Positions 9,285-18,944 of a stretch of DNA of 64,000 nt are shown here, piece after piece. Numbering within the stretch: position 1 is the first letter of the stretch; each line of letters starts with the position of its first letter. A program made the position numbers and the translations under genes. The notes beneath the pieces were generated by a model, which searched no databases, was not told the origin of the DNA, and worked only from the letters and a program-made list of their open reading frames with translations. The stretch comes from Candidatus Binatia bacterium (lineage in GTDB: Bacteria; Desulfobacterota; Binatia; Bin18), in the NCBI GenBank assembly GCA_963666315.2, contig CAXXHG010000043.1, positions 96,001 to 160,000 of the forward strand, written 5' to 3'.

Positions 9285-11038
9285 CTAGCTTGGAATCACT
9301 GGAAGTGTGATATGCGATGGATAGTCGTTATCATGAAAAATCGTCTGCTGCGCAGTGCGCAGCTCGCTGTCCACACCAAAGTCATGGCCGGTGTTCGGGT
9401 TGCGATCATAACGCGGGAAGTTGCTGGACGAGACCTCCAGGCGCAGCTTATGACCGGTTTTGAACACGTGGCTCGTAGCCCACAGGTCGATCCTGTAGCC
9501 ATGCACTTCCCCAGGGGTAATGAGAGTCGGATTTGACAGCGACTCCCGAAAGCGAGCACGGATCACACCTTCTGCAATATTCTGCGCGTACCCATCTGGA
9601 CGAACGTCAACAAGCTTGGCGGTGAAGTCTGTATCCGGGGCTGAGGACGCAGCATACAGCCTCAGTGAGATCGGCCCGGTGACTTCCATGTCTGCACTCA
9701 GCAGGTCGCCGGTGTACACGAGCACATCTTCTCTGACTTCGACCTTATTTTGGTCGAGCACGCCCATGGCCATGCCCAGCGTTGTCCCGCCACGGGTCGG
9801 CACGGGATCTTTGGGATCGTAGACATAGCTGTCCTGCTGCTCTTCGGCATTCGGTGCGATCAACGACAGCGAGCCATCGCCGTTCAGACTATTCGCCTTA
9901 CCGCCACTGTGCAGATAAACGTCCGTGTACTGCGTCCGCGCCAGCGGCCATTCGTTCTCATCACGCCAGCGGTTGTCACCCATGACAAACAGCCGGATGG
10001 GTGGTTCATCAAGGACGCCAGTGTCTTGGCCTTTCAGAAAATAGTCGAACCAGCGTAGTTGGATATCGTGCCAGTTCAATCATTGCTTCAGGACCAAAAT
10101 CGATATCGCCGGTTCCCCCTGAGGTCGGTATGGAATACGGCAGGAGATGCCCCCACGGCCCCATGAGCAGCTTCTGACCTTGGCGTGCGTGTGCCGTCAT
10201 CGCCCGTTCACGTAGGCCGCTGAAGAGCGTCAGCGTGTCGTACTGAAATACGTCATACCACGAGCCCACGTGGAGCATGGGCACGTTGATATTACTCAGC
10301 TGACGGCGCAGATCTGTAGCCTGCCAGTACGGACCATCGGTCGGATGTTTCAAGAAATCGGCAAAATAGGGTGCTGCCTCTTTAAGCCGATCTCCCCAGT
10401 CGGAGAGAGGCAGATGTCGGTAGACCTCTTTTTTAAGCGGTGAGAGGGGGAGTTCCGGATGCGACAGATAGCTATCAAGAATTTCCTGCTGTTGTTCGAG
10501 ACCTTTTCGGTCGAGCGTATTGCGAGCCATGAAAGTAAAATACGCCAGCATCCAGCCCAGCTCGAACACGCCACGCCGATAGGTACAATTCTCAAAATAG
10601 GTCACCGGACCGGACACCGGGCTCATCGCGCGCAGATGAGGCGGGCGTTTCTTGAGCGGCAAGGTACTGAACCAGGCCGAGATAGGATTGGCCCACCGTT
10701 GCCACGTTGCCATCAGACCAGGGCAGGCCGGCGGCCCATTCAATGCTGTCATAACCATCTCGGGCCTCATAGATAAACGGATAGAACTCTCCCTCTGAGC
10801 GAAACCGGCCACGCGTGTCTTGCACCACAACGACATAGCCGTGCTGCGGGAAATAGTCCTTCTCGGTGAGCGCCATGTCGCCACTTTTGTCATACGGCGT
10901 ACGCACGACGAGCACGGGAAAGCGGCCGTCAGCGTCAGGCCGGTATACATCGGCGTATAATGTCACGCCGTCACGCGTCGACATTGGGACATCCTTTTCG
11001 ACCACTACGGTATGACTGCCGGCATTCCCCTGATCCAT
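9285..11038 (-). pseudogene. CocE/NonD family serine hydrolase split by two frameshifts
   Basis: RDGVTLYADVYRP, RTPYDK, QDTRGRFRSEG, GQSYLG, GSWYD, GPWGH, SSSNFPRYDRNPNTG spread over three overlapping ORFs; breaks near 10650 and 10075. Confidence 0.85.
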
Positions 11039-11215
11039 GTTTCAGCCCTCTTGAAGATTCCGCCAAGAACAGAGCATCATTCGTATTCATCTGAGCGTTT
11101 TAGCGCAGACCCAGCTTCTTCTGCTCGCTCGTATTCCTAGTTGATACGCTCTCAGTGCTGCGGGTGGACATCCGGCCCTAGGGGCCGCTCTTCACCCTGA
11201 AACCACCCTTTCACG

Positions 11216-11452
11216 CTACGGGTCATTTTGGAGTACAACGATTCTTGCCGGCTTTTCTTCTTTTTTTTTTGTTTTACGAGCCGGTTGCCAGCCAAACTCG
11301 CGTTTCACCTCGTCCCACACACCTTCATCCTGTTGCACCAGATGCGGACGATACACCAGACGTTCGGTTTGCGAGACACACCCGCTTTCAATCAGACCGC
11401 AGAGGCCGATACTCAGCAACAAAAAAAATAGAGACGCTTTCCACGTTTTCAT
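11216..11452 (-). CDS. Small exported/lipoprotein-like hypothetical protein
   Basis: Basic N-terminus, hydrophobic core, SGC lipobox-like site. Confidence 0.4.
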   Translation of the reverse strand: MKTWKASLFFLLLSIGLCGLIESGCVSQTERLVYRPHLVQQDEGVWDEVKREFGWQPARKTKKKEEKPARIVVLQNDP

Positions 11453-11755
11453 TGTCCAAGACTAAAACTCAACAGCATTCGGGCGACTACCCTACCACAT
11501 GCAGTACTATTGGAAAAAGTCTCAGCAATATCAATCTGCTCAATCTGCCTCGTAAATCGGGCAGCAGCGCCACCTGCAGGACGCACTTACCTGGCCCGAA
11601 TCTCAACCCCGTCGCCAAACACCTCATACTGCTGTATTACTTTAAGACATGCCACAGCCATGACTATGTTACTTTTTATGGCATTTTAAGCTTTCGGTCT
11701 GCCTCAGACTTCTCTATCCGCTGGAAAATATTCGCATTTCTGCCCGATCCGCTAG

Positions 11756-11771
11756 TGGCACACTTTCTGCT
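11756..11771 (+). promoter_or_regulatory. Putative sigma-54 promoter
   Basis: TGGCACACTTTCTGCT: GG-N10-GC spacing, about 70 nt upstream of ATG 11843. Confidence 0.5.
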
Positions 11772-11842
11772 CTTAGTGGGGGCTCTAGGAAGGCTAAGAA
11801 GACAAGACCATTGTCCTCCTTAATAGTATAGAAGGGAAAAAC

Positions 11843-12280
11843 ATGGCCACAGAAGACCAATTTGCCTCAGCACTTCAAGCAGACATCATGGTGCCCTCGC
11901 AGTATTTTGATCGGGTTCGGTCTGAAGACTCATCCCAACCCGAAAAGCGCCTCATGCTCGCGGTCATGGAAAACGCGATTGGTACCTTCCAGAAGTCGAT
12001 TTACTCCGGAACTCGTCGCCAACGACGCTTACTCAAAGAGACTGAGGAGTGGATCCATTCCCTCGATACAAGCTGGCCATTCTCGTTTGAGAATATCTGT
12101 GATTCGCTCGGTATTGAAGCAGCGTATTTGAGAAATGGGCTGACGCAGTGGAAAGGCACTCAGCTTGAACACTATGCGGTTCAAGGCGAACCTGTCCCTC
12201 GTTCACCACTGCGGCGCATGAGTAGCCGCCGGCATACCCTGTCAAACTATTCCTCAGCCCCACGCGCAAAGGCTGCCTAG
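11843..12280 (+). CDS. Hypothetical protein (QYF...PEKRLMLAV...WPFSFENIC type)
   Basis: 145 aa, purine-rich RBS, helical protein-like composition, basic C-terminal tail. Confidence 0.75.
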   Translation: MATEDQFASALQADIMVPSQYFDRVRSEDSSQPEKRLMLAVMENAIGTFQKSIYSGTRRQRRLLKETEEWIHSLDTSWPFSFENICDSLGIEAAYLRNGLTQWKGTQLEHYAVQGEPVPRSPLRRMSSRRHTLSNYSSAPRAKAA

Positions 12281-12295
12281 AGACCGGCTTCACCG

Positions 12296-13057
12296 TTACG
12301 CCGCAGGCGCCAGTTCCTGTCGGAATGACGCAGACTGTTCGATGGCGTAATCGTACTGCTCGTGCGTCAACCGGCCACGCAGTAATTCCACCCGCAGAAA
12401 AAGGAAATAGGTTTGGATGACATCATTGCGGCAATAGCGATGAATGTCGTTCAAACGTCCGTCTTGCCACAACTCCTGGACCATGGAGCCGTCAATGTCG
12501 GTTTTCCCCGGCAGACCGATCATCTTGGCCAACACGTTGAATCCACCCCGCAGCCGGTGCACGCCGTAGTTCGTCAAAAAATCGTACAGATCGTAGTGGC
12601 CTTCATCAGAAAAGCGATAACGCGATTTCCCACTAAAATAGCGTGGCAGACGGCATCCGTACTTGAGTGCATGGAGTTCAAGAACAGGCAGATCAAAGCC
12701 TCGCCCATTAAAACTGACTAAGGTACCGGGAAATTTTTCGAGCCGTTGCCAGAAGGTTCGAATTAAAGCTTCTTCGGCTTCCTCTTCGTTCTGGTTTGAT
12801 ACACTCGCCTCACCAGCATTGACCGTCTCCACCCCGGCCAGCACGTGCTCATCGTTGACCTGACCGACAGCGATAGAAATGGGGACGTGAAAAGAGAGCG
12901 GGAAAAAATCGTTCCCCTGCTCTTCGCGAAGACGCTGCTGTATCTGGCTATAGGCATCCTCGTCCGAGATTTCGTCTTTTTCCGCATGTGGGAAATAGAC
13001 AGCCCGAACGAGGCTTTTCTCTATGCGTGTTTCAATGTCGAAGATGGTGTAGCGCAT
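12296..13057 (-). CDS. Predicted 3'-5' exonuclease (PolB-like, DEDDy)
   Basis: FDIET (ExoI), SFNGRGFDLP (ExoII), YCRNDV (ExoIII). Confidence 0.85.
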   Translation of the reverse strand: MRYTIFDIETRIEKSLVRAVYFPHAEKDEISDEDAYSQIQQRLREEQGNDFFPLSFHVPISIAVGQVNDEHVLAGVETVNAGEASVSNQNEEEAEEALIRTFWQRLEKFPGTLVSFNGRGFDLPVLELHALKYGCRLPRYFSGKSRYRFSDEGHYDLYDFLTNYGVHRLRGGFNVLAKMIGLPGKTDIDGSMVQELWQDGRLNDIHRYCRNDVIQTYFLFLRVELLRGRLTHEQYDYAIEQSASFRQELAPAA

Positions 13058-13132
13058 ACAATCAGAAAGAGTTGAAGCCGAAACGCGGCACAGAGCATAT
13101 CTCTTGCCACCATCTATCGTCCAATATTTGTC

Positions 13133-13477
13133 CTAGACCACAAATCGAATCGTGCCGTCGTCTTCGAGGCGCCGTACCTCGCCGTTATACATGAACAGGT
13201 GTAAATGCGCGAAGGTCTCAAACGTTGCCGCAAAAATATGAAAAATCGGCAGCTCTGACTTCAGATCGAAGACCTGAGAAGCAACTTCATAGGCGGACTG
13301 CGCTTTGGCGTGCACAATGTCGCGCATCTCTTCCAGGCGATACTTGTGATGCTGGATGATCTGCTTAGCCCGGTAACGGTGATCTTTAAACACGCCGCCA
13401 TGCGCCACGGCAAGAGAAACCGCCTCTTCTATACTTGTTGAAGACAAACCGGTGAGTTCTATCGTTTTTTCGACCAT
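13133..13477 (-). pseudogene. Chimeric remnant: dodecin N-terminus fused to an MBL-fold hydrolase C-terminus
   Basis: GGAGG RBS then MVEKTIELTGLSSTSIEEAVSLAVA (dodecin start), followed by HGGVFKD...HHKYRLEE...ETFAHL. Confidence 0.55.
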
Positions 13478-13638
13478 ACGGCCTCCTGCTGTTGCTCTGG
13501 CGGAGGCACTAGCGCTCGGCTGAAGAGTGTGACGAGCGGGCACCACCGCACGCGGGTGCGTGAACCGACGCGGAATATGGACCCGGTGCAATGAAGGTAT
13601 GTTTTAGGTCGTACATCCGCAAGTCCTGCTCTACAAAA

Positions 13639-13962
13639 TCACACGACGTGATGAGGGTGAGACTCCAAATCCCAAATTGGAACAGTAGAAAAAGAGACGA
13701 CACCGAGACCAGAAGCAAACTGGACATGTACCGGCGTTATAAAATTGTAAAACACAAAAAATAGAAGGGCCCGAATCCCAGCACGGAAGTCAGCGACGAC
13801 CTCACCCAAACATACGCCACCCGGCTGATGCCGATCCGGGTCATGTCCCCGCTGCTTACACAGTACGCGCGCGACTTTCTGGACCAGCTCATCTCTTAGC
13901 GCGGGCAGTGCATCGACCGCTGTTCGCACCTGCCCGCACCCATTCGTCAGGTCATCCATCAT
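13639..13962 (-). CDS. Hypothetical protein
   Basis: 107-aa ORF with AGGAG RBS; no recognisable motif. Confidence 0.3.
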   Translation of the reverse strand: MMDDLTNGCGQVRTAVDALPALRDELVQKVARVLCKQRGHDPDRHQPGGVCLGEVVADFRAGIRALLFFVFYNFITPVHVQFASGLGVVSFSTVPIWDLESHPHHVV

Positions 13963-14046
13963 GAGTAGCTCCTAAAGCTTTGTAGCCGCGTGATAACATG
14001 AGAAAAACAAAAAACGATCCCAACGGAGAAATCCACCATCGCCGTC

Positions 14047-14991
14047 TCACTGCTGTGGCAGATGCTCGAACAGCTTCCCGAGGTCGTCCGGGAGGCGATG
14101 GGTGAAGCGGCAATGGAGATGGACCTTTCCGTCAAAACGGCGGGACACTATCAGGGCCGATAATATGTTGAGGCAGGTGGTCTGCCGGAACGTTTCCGCC
14201 GGAGGCAAATCCAACTTAATGTGGAGAAGCCGCTTGTCACTTGAATCGGGCAGAGGCTCATCCAGGATGAGTTGTGTGCCGCCTAGCGAAAGGTCATGCA
14301 CGATAGCCGGTGTCGCGGTTTCAGCCTGCACATACTCGGAAGGGCGATAGAGACTATCTCCTTGCGGGTCAGATAGCACATCTTCAATCCGAGTGATTTG
14401 GTTGTATCCGTTGCTAGAGGTAAGGGATGTGATCTCTCGTACCGGTTTGAGTTCTTCCGCAAGCAGCTCGAGGTTTCTTGTGGGAGAGAGTGTATGGACG
14501 ATTCCGGGCTCAGCGAGTTTCACTACGGAGCGGAAATCGTGGCGAGGGCTTCCGTACCTGATATGGACGCCGCGGGCATCTACCTTCAAGACCCTTCCCT
14601 GGAGGGTATATTTTCGGTCATCATCTCCCATAAATACAGCGATAGTGGACTGATCGCGCTTCCGGTCGAGCCTTATCGTACCTGCTGTATACTTCATTCG
14701 TACAACAAGATGCGCTTCGGTGAAGGATAACAGAGTAGCCGGATACACGTGCTTGTCCTGAGTGAGAAGCATAAGCTCCCGTGTACCGGCGCTATAGGAG
14801 TTGAGGAGGGCATCAGGAAGGCGCCGCGGGTTGTCTATCTCAACCGTATTCGAATCGAAGAGACATTCGAGACTCGCCGCCAGCGCGACATTCTCCGGAA
14901 GAGTTTCGGATTGGTCCGACTGTTTCTTTGGTATGTTCCCGTCACTGGCCACGAGAAACGCGTTCCCCAGCGTTGAGGTATCGAGTGCCAT
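14047..14991 (-). CDS. PilZ-domain protein (flagellar-brake-like architecture)
   Basis: RHDFR (RxxxR) and DLSLGG (DxSxxG) motifs after an N-terminal beta-rich region. Confidence 0.65.
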   Translation of the reverse strand: MALDTSTLGNAFLVASDGNIPKKQSDQSETLPENVALAASLECLFDSNTVEIDNPRRLPDALLNSYSAGTRELMLLTQDKHVYPATLLSFTEAHLVVRMKYTAGTIRLDRKRDQSTIAVFMGDDDRKYTLQGRVLKVDARGVHIRYGSPRHDFRSVVKLAEPGIVHTLSPTRNLELLAEELKPVREITSLTSSNGYNQITRIEDVLSDPQGDSLYRPSEYVQAETATPAIVHDLSLGGTQLILDEPLPDSSDKRLLHIKLDLPPAETFRQTTCLNILSALIVSRRFDGKVHLHCRFTHRLPDDLGKLFEHLPQQ

Positions 14992-15058
14992 AGTGTCTCC
15001 CAGTCACCGAGCTCGGCAGTACAACATCACCTAGTTGAAGCTCCGCTTGGCAAACTAG

Positions 15059-15319
15059 TCACAGCCGTTTCGACACGAGCTGCCCCGTAACGTATTGGTT
15101 GTCGTAGAGAAAATATTCCACCTCCGCCATAGGGACACAGCGGATAAGCACGCCAGTCTCACGCTCCGGGACCCTGATCACGATCTCGCCCGACTTCTCA
15201 TCAAGCGCGAACCGAAGTGACTGTCCTATCGGGGACCGCTGCACCGGGTCTTTCGGGTTCGCCTGGAGCGGTGTTGCGGCTGGTGTATAAGTGAGGTTGA
15301 GAGCCCGGATAATTGCCAT
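15059..15319 (-). CDS. flaG: FlaG-like flagellar protein
   Basis: LRFALDEKSGEIVIRV..ETGVLIRCVP matches the FlaG pattern. Confidence 0.6.
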   Translation of the reverse strand: MAIIRALNLTYTPAATPLQANPKDPVQRSPIGQSLRFALDEKSGEIVIRVPERETGVLIRCVPMAEVEYFLYDNQYVTGQLVSKRL

Positions 15320-15464
15320 AGTGGCTAACTAATCGGGCGCTCGACTACGGACGTGTAGGTTGCAAAATTTCTTACTCACTCCCAGTTGTCGGCTGATGCG
15401 CTGCGACAGGCCATCGAGTTGACTATGACTGCGCGCCAATGCTCCCTGCAAACTTATACACAAA

Positions 15465-15917
15465 TTGTTCAACCGTCATACCAATCGTTCTCTTTCATTT
15501 ATACTCTTATCTAGCCATTTTATACTACAATTTCAATTAGACGTGGCCATTCCAGGTCTAGCCGATTTGCTAGTGCAGCAGTTCCTGGTCACTGGCGTGC
15601 GCGAGATGCAAAGGCTGGAAGCAACCTTTCAGCGTATGAGCCGCGTCCTAGAAGGCCAGCGCTTTTCGCCCGTGCCGGTGGTATTCACCGATGGCCGGAG
15701 TGAGCAAACTGAGCAGACTGAGTACGACCTCAGTCACAGAGAATCACAGGTCTTGGTCGGGCTGCTCGCCGGCCAACGTGTGGCGAACATTGCCGCCGTC
15801 ATGGAGATCAGCCCCAACACGGTGCGTAATCATTTGAAAGCAATCTTTGTGAAGGTCGGCGTCCATTCTCAAATTGAGCTGCTCCAACGCGTCCGGTCCT
15901 GGGCTTGGGTGGAGTAG
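15465..15917 (+). CDS. LuxR-type HTH regulator (start uncertain, possibly truncated)
   Basis: LSHRESQVLVGL..G...IA..MEISPNTVRNHLKAIFVKVGVHSQIELL. Confidence 0.7.
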   Translation: MFNRHTNRSLSFILLSSHFILQFQLDVAIPGLADLLVQQFLVTGVREMQRLEATFQRMSRVLEGQRFSPVPVVFTDGRSEQTEQTEYDLSHRESQVLVGLLAGQRVANIAAVMEISPNTVRNHLKAIFVKVGVHSQIELLQRVRSWAWVE

Positions 15918-16103
15918 GTATGCTGACACGTGACCGCTTCAGGGCATGTCCTAGCTGATTTCGGCCAAACTGCGTTGGCGGTTCGCCGATATGAATTTCA
16001 GATGGCGGTAGAGCATACCATCGCTCCTATCCTCTTTCTCAGACACGTCGGACAAGTTTCAGCAGTCCCCCTAAGCGTCCGGGAAACCACCGATAATACG
16101 TCA

Positions 16104-16730
16104 CTAGTGGGATGATAAAGCGGAATGTGAGTGAGGGTACTGGGCGGCAGGACCCGGTCTATACAGCCGAACCTGCAATGTTTCTTTGAACCGGACCAGT
16201 AAGTCCCGAGCGTTTATTTTACTCCGCTGATCAACAAGCCGTTGGATCAGCAAGCCATTCAGGGTTGCCATAATCAAGGCCGCATCCTCAGCAGGCTGGA
16301 TAGACGGATCAAAAAGTCCGGCTTTTAGACCCTGATCAAGAATAGAGGCCAGGAGTTGTTGATAGACCTGGTAGAGGGCGCTGACATGATCAACCACTTC
16401 TTTGGCATTCTCTTCCTCTCGGACGACTTGTCCAAGAACAAACTTCACGGAAGACAGGTGCTGTGCGATGAACTCGTAATAATCGTCAATCAGCTTCTCA
16501 AACTGTTCGCGTTCATTGAGTCCCTGCAATCTTGTAGCGTCAATGGAATACGGTGAGAGGAAGTTTTGTAGAGCGGTCCGAAAAAGATCATCTTTTGTAC
16601 CAAAATGCCACAGGATGAGTGCTTTACTGACCTCTGCCGCCTGTGCAACCTGGGCTAAGGAGGTATCCGTATACCCGTATGTCGCGAACAGTTTCCCAGC
16701 AACGTCGAGAATTTTTTCACGCGTGGTCAC
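16104..16730 (-). CDS. TetR/AcrR family regulator
   Basis: REKILDVAGKLFATYGY..TSLAQVAQAAEVSKALILWHFGTKDDL. Confidence 0.9.
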   Translation of the reverse strand: MTTREKILDVAGKLFATYGYTDTSLAQVAQAAEVSKALILWHFGTKDDLFRTALQNFLSPYSIDATRLQGLNEREQFEKLIDDYYEFIAQHLSSVKFVLGQVVREEENAKEVVDHVSALYQVYQQLLASILDQGLKAGLFDPSIQPAEDAALIMATLNGLLIQRLVDQRSKINARDLLVRFKETLQVRLYRPGPAAQYPHSHSALSSH

Positions 16731-16813
16731 ACGTGCACGGTAAGTAAAAAATCACTAGCTGTCAACGCAACAGCCGATGAATACAAACAGGCACGACCAT
16801 GTGACATGCAGGA

Positions 16814-17731
16814 TCATGTGACATGTTTATTAAAGCGTTCATTCACCTCTCGATGAATAGAGAAAATCGCTCTTCCGACCTGATCGGCCGTCCACGTAAT
16901 ACGCGGGAAGTCCGGATAGGTTATATACCCTCCCGAGAAGACCTCATTCCGGTTACCGTTAGGCCCCAGGAAATAAATCGTCGTACCACGTGTGATGCCG
17001 TGCCGCGCCGGACCAAAATCGATCTGCACATTATTGCGACCCAGGATATCACCCGCCCGCAGGATATCGTTCCAACTGTCCAGCCAGAAAGCAAAATGAT
17101 GCAGCTTGCCGTTCGGTCCTTTGACAAAGGCAATATCGTGCGCCTTGTTGGAACAAAAGAGAAACGCAGCCAAGAGTTCCTCATTATCGAGAGCGGGGAT
17201 AATGCGCTCGCTCATCCGAAAGCCTAGGACGCGGGTGAAAAAATCCACATTGGTCTGCACATCCTCAGCCGTCACTAAGAGATGATCAAGCCGGTCCGGA
17301 CCGATCCCACCGGACGGACGGTCGCTCGGCCATGGATCGGGATTCAGTACCCCAACTTGTGTTCCGCTCTGCTCCGCCTCAGCGTACAATTCCAATACAT
17401 GTTCAGACGGCAGCGTGCAGCGGATGGCCTGCCCAATGCCCAGATTCTCGCCCGCTGAGACTCGGGTTACGGGCAGTCCAAAGTTCTCAATAGCTTTTTC
17501 TATGTGGGCCAGTTCGTCCTGGCTTGCGACCTTATAGCCCATCTTCACCAGACCCAGTCCGCCATTTTCGACCACAAGACTATGATGGTCATACTCATCC
17601 CAGCATTTGAAGTAGTATTTGCCATCTTGGTGAGCCACCTCCTCGAGTCCGAGCACATTGGTGTAGTAGTCAATTGCCTTATCCAGATCCGACTCGCGGG
17701 TGTGTACATAACCAAGCCGCATTACACTCAT
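16814..17731 (-). CDS. xylE: Catechol 2,3-dioxygenase
   Basis: MSVMRLGYV, KCWDEYDHHS, RLDHLL, KAHDIAF, GKLHHFAFWL, GPARHGITRGTTIYF, GNRNEVFSGGY; GGAGG RBS before ATG 17731. Confidence 0.93.
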   Translation of the reverse strand: MSVMRLGYVHTRESDLDKAIDYYTNVLGLEEVAHQDGKYYFKCWDEYDHHSLVVENGGLGLVKMGYKVASQDELAHIEKAIENFGLPVTRVSAGENLGIGQAIRCTLPSEHVLELYAEAEQSGTQVGVLNPDPWPSDRPSGGIGPDRLDHLLVTAEDVQTNVDFFTRVLGFRMSERIIPALDNEELLAAFLFCSNKAHDIAFVKGPNGKLHHFAFWLDSWNDILRAGDILGRNNVQIDFGPARHGITRGTTIYFLGPNGNRNEVFSGGYITYPDFPRITWTADQVGRAIFSIHREVNERFNKHVT

Positions 17732-17744
17732 GGTCGTTCCTCCA

Positions 17745-17792
17745 ATCTTGCGATCTTGTGATTTTGTGATCTTGTGATTTTGTGATCTTGTG
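17745..17792. repeat. Six tandem 8-bp units ATYTTGYG
   Basis: atcttgcg atcttgtg attttgtg atcttgtg attttgtg atcttgtg, directly upstream of the xylE RBS. Confidence 0.9.
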
Positions 17793-17892
17793 TTTGTTTC
17801 AGCTTTATATCCCTCGTTCAGTACTGTCCAGCTCGCAATGCAGTTATTACGGCCCGGTTGTTGCCCGACAGGCGAACCGCTAGGCTGGTCGT

Positions 17893-18231
17893 GTGAAGTG
17901 CTCGTACTGCCGGAAACGCGCCGGTTGGTTACGCAAGACGTGTGTAGACTGTCGCTCATTACTCGATATTTATAACCAGCATCGAGGCCAACTCGCATTG
18001 CTCCAGTTTCTTGATTTGTTTGTTGAAAAAGGCCTGTCCCGCGAGAAGATCGAGGCATTCATGAACGCCGACCCGCATGGCGATGGGAGCATAAAAGATC
18101 AGATTACTGCCGATATGAGCAGTGAACTCCTCGCTGCAATGGGCATCCACGTGAAGCAAACAGCCCAGGATGTGAAGCAACTGCGCAAAAAGGACAACTG
18201 GCAACGGATGGGCGAGCGGACAGAGGAATAG
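17893..18231 (+). CDS. Hypothetical protein with N-terminal zinc ribbon
   Basis: CSYC-x9-CVDC. Confidence 0.65.
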   Translation: MKCSYCRKRAGWLRKTCVDCRSLLDIYNQHRGQLALLQFLDLFVEKGLSREKIEAFMNADPHGDGSIKDQITADMSSELLAAMGIHVKQTAQDVKQLRKKDNWQRMGERTEE

Positions 18232-18307
18232 GGGTAAAGCAGGCCCTACCAGCAAAAAACGAGAGTAGTAAGCAGCCCCCCTACACGGTTTGTGGCCCGT
18301 GCGCTAC

Positions 18308-18359
18308 GGAGGGGTGGCAGGCGAGGGAAACCCACCCCGGCGCTACGCGCCACCCCTCC
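18308..18359. repeat. GC-rich inverted repeat (REP-like or terminator) between convergent genes
   Basis: GGAGGGGTGGC (18308-18318) pairs with GCCACCCCTCC (18349-18359). Confidence 0.55.
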
Positions 18360-18432
18360 CAAGAGAGGATTTTCAACGATATAGGGGTAGGGCTTGCTAC
18401 TCAAAGGCGGACGCAGCAAACAGAAAAATTTG

Positions 18433-18834
18433 TTACCGATGCAAAAACTGCTGTACCAGCTTGCGTGCATATGTCCGCGTCGCGTGTAAGGAAAACGACC
18501 GGCGCTTGAGAAGATCGAGTCGAAGGATCTTCCACCCAATTTGCTTGGCAATCGCCTTACGCTCGCTCTCGTTCTCAATGTAAACGAGCAGGTCTTTCAG
18601 GCTCCGAATCTCGCTGCGCAGTTCGACCTCGGGCGGCATGACGTGCGCATTCTTTAATACATGGTAAGCCAGCCGGAGGTCGGCAGGTATAAGGCTGAGG
18701 TCCTTGAACGCCAACGGCTTGCCTTTTCCCGATAGATTCTCAAACGCTCCATTTTGTTGCGCCTCACGGATACGGTCTTCAGCCATGCGGGAAAAATGAG
18801 AAAAAGCCACTCGACATCCTCCTGCGGTTGCCAT
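18433..18834 (-). CDS. DUF1992 family protein
   Basis: AEDRIREAQQNGAFENLSGKGKPL...LRLAYHVLKNAHVMPPEVEL. Confidence 0.8.
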   Translation of the reverse strand: MATAGGCRVAFSHFSRMAEDRIREAQQNGAFENLSGKGKPLAFKDLSLIPADLRLAYHVLKNAHVMPPEVELRSEIRSLKDLLVYIENESERKAIAKQIGWKILRLDLLKRRSFSLHATRTYARKLVQQFLHR

Positions 18835-18944
18835 ACGGATAGGCCGCGCCGAGTGTCAACGCGACTTGAATTTGCTTTGGCCTTGGCTTGATTCGGTGTC
18901 CCATGCAACGATATGAGAGGAACATCACTTAGGCAGGAGGAAGC

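Noticed and set aside
16071-16096. Additional FliA-like motif CTAAG-N13-ACCGATA
   Set aside because: Spacing differs from the other three and it points only antisense into TetR.
17732-18058. 109-aa N-terminal extension of catechol 2,3-dioxygenase
   Set aside because: It overlaps an opposite-strand gene and the repeat; the RBS and family start point to ATG 17731.
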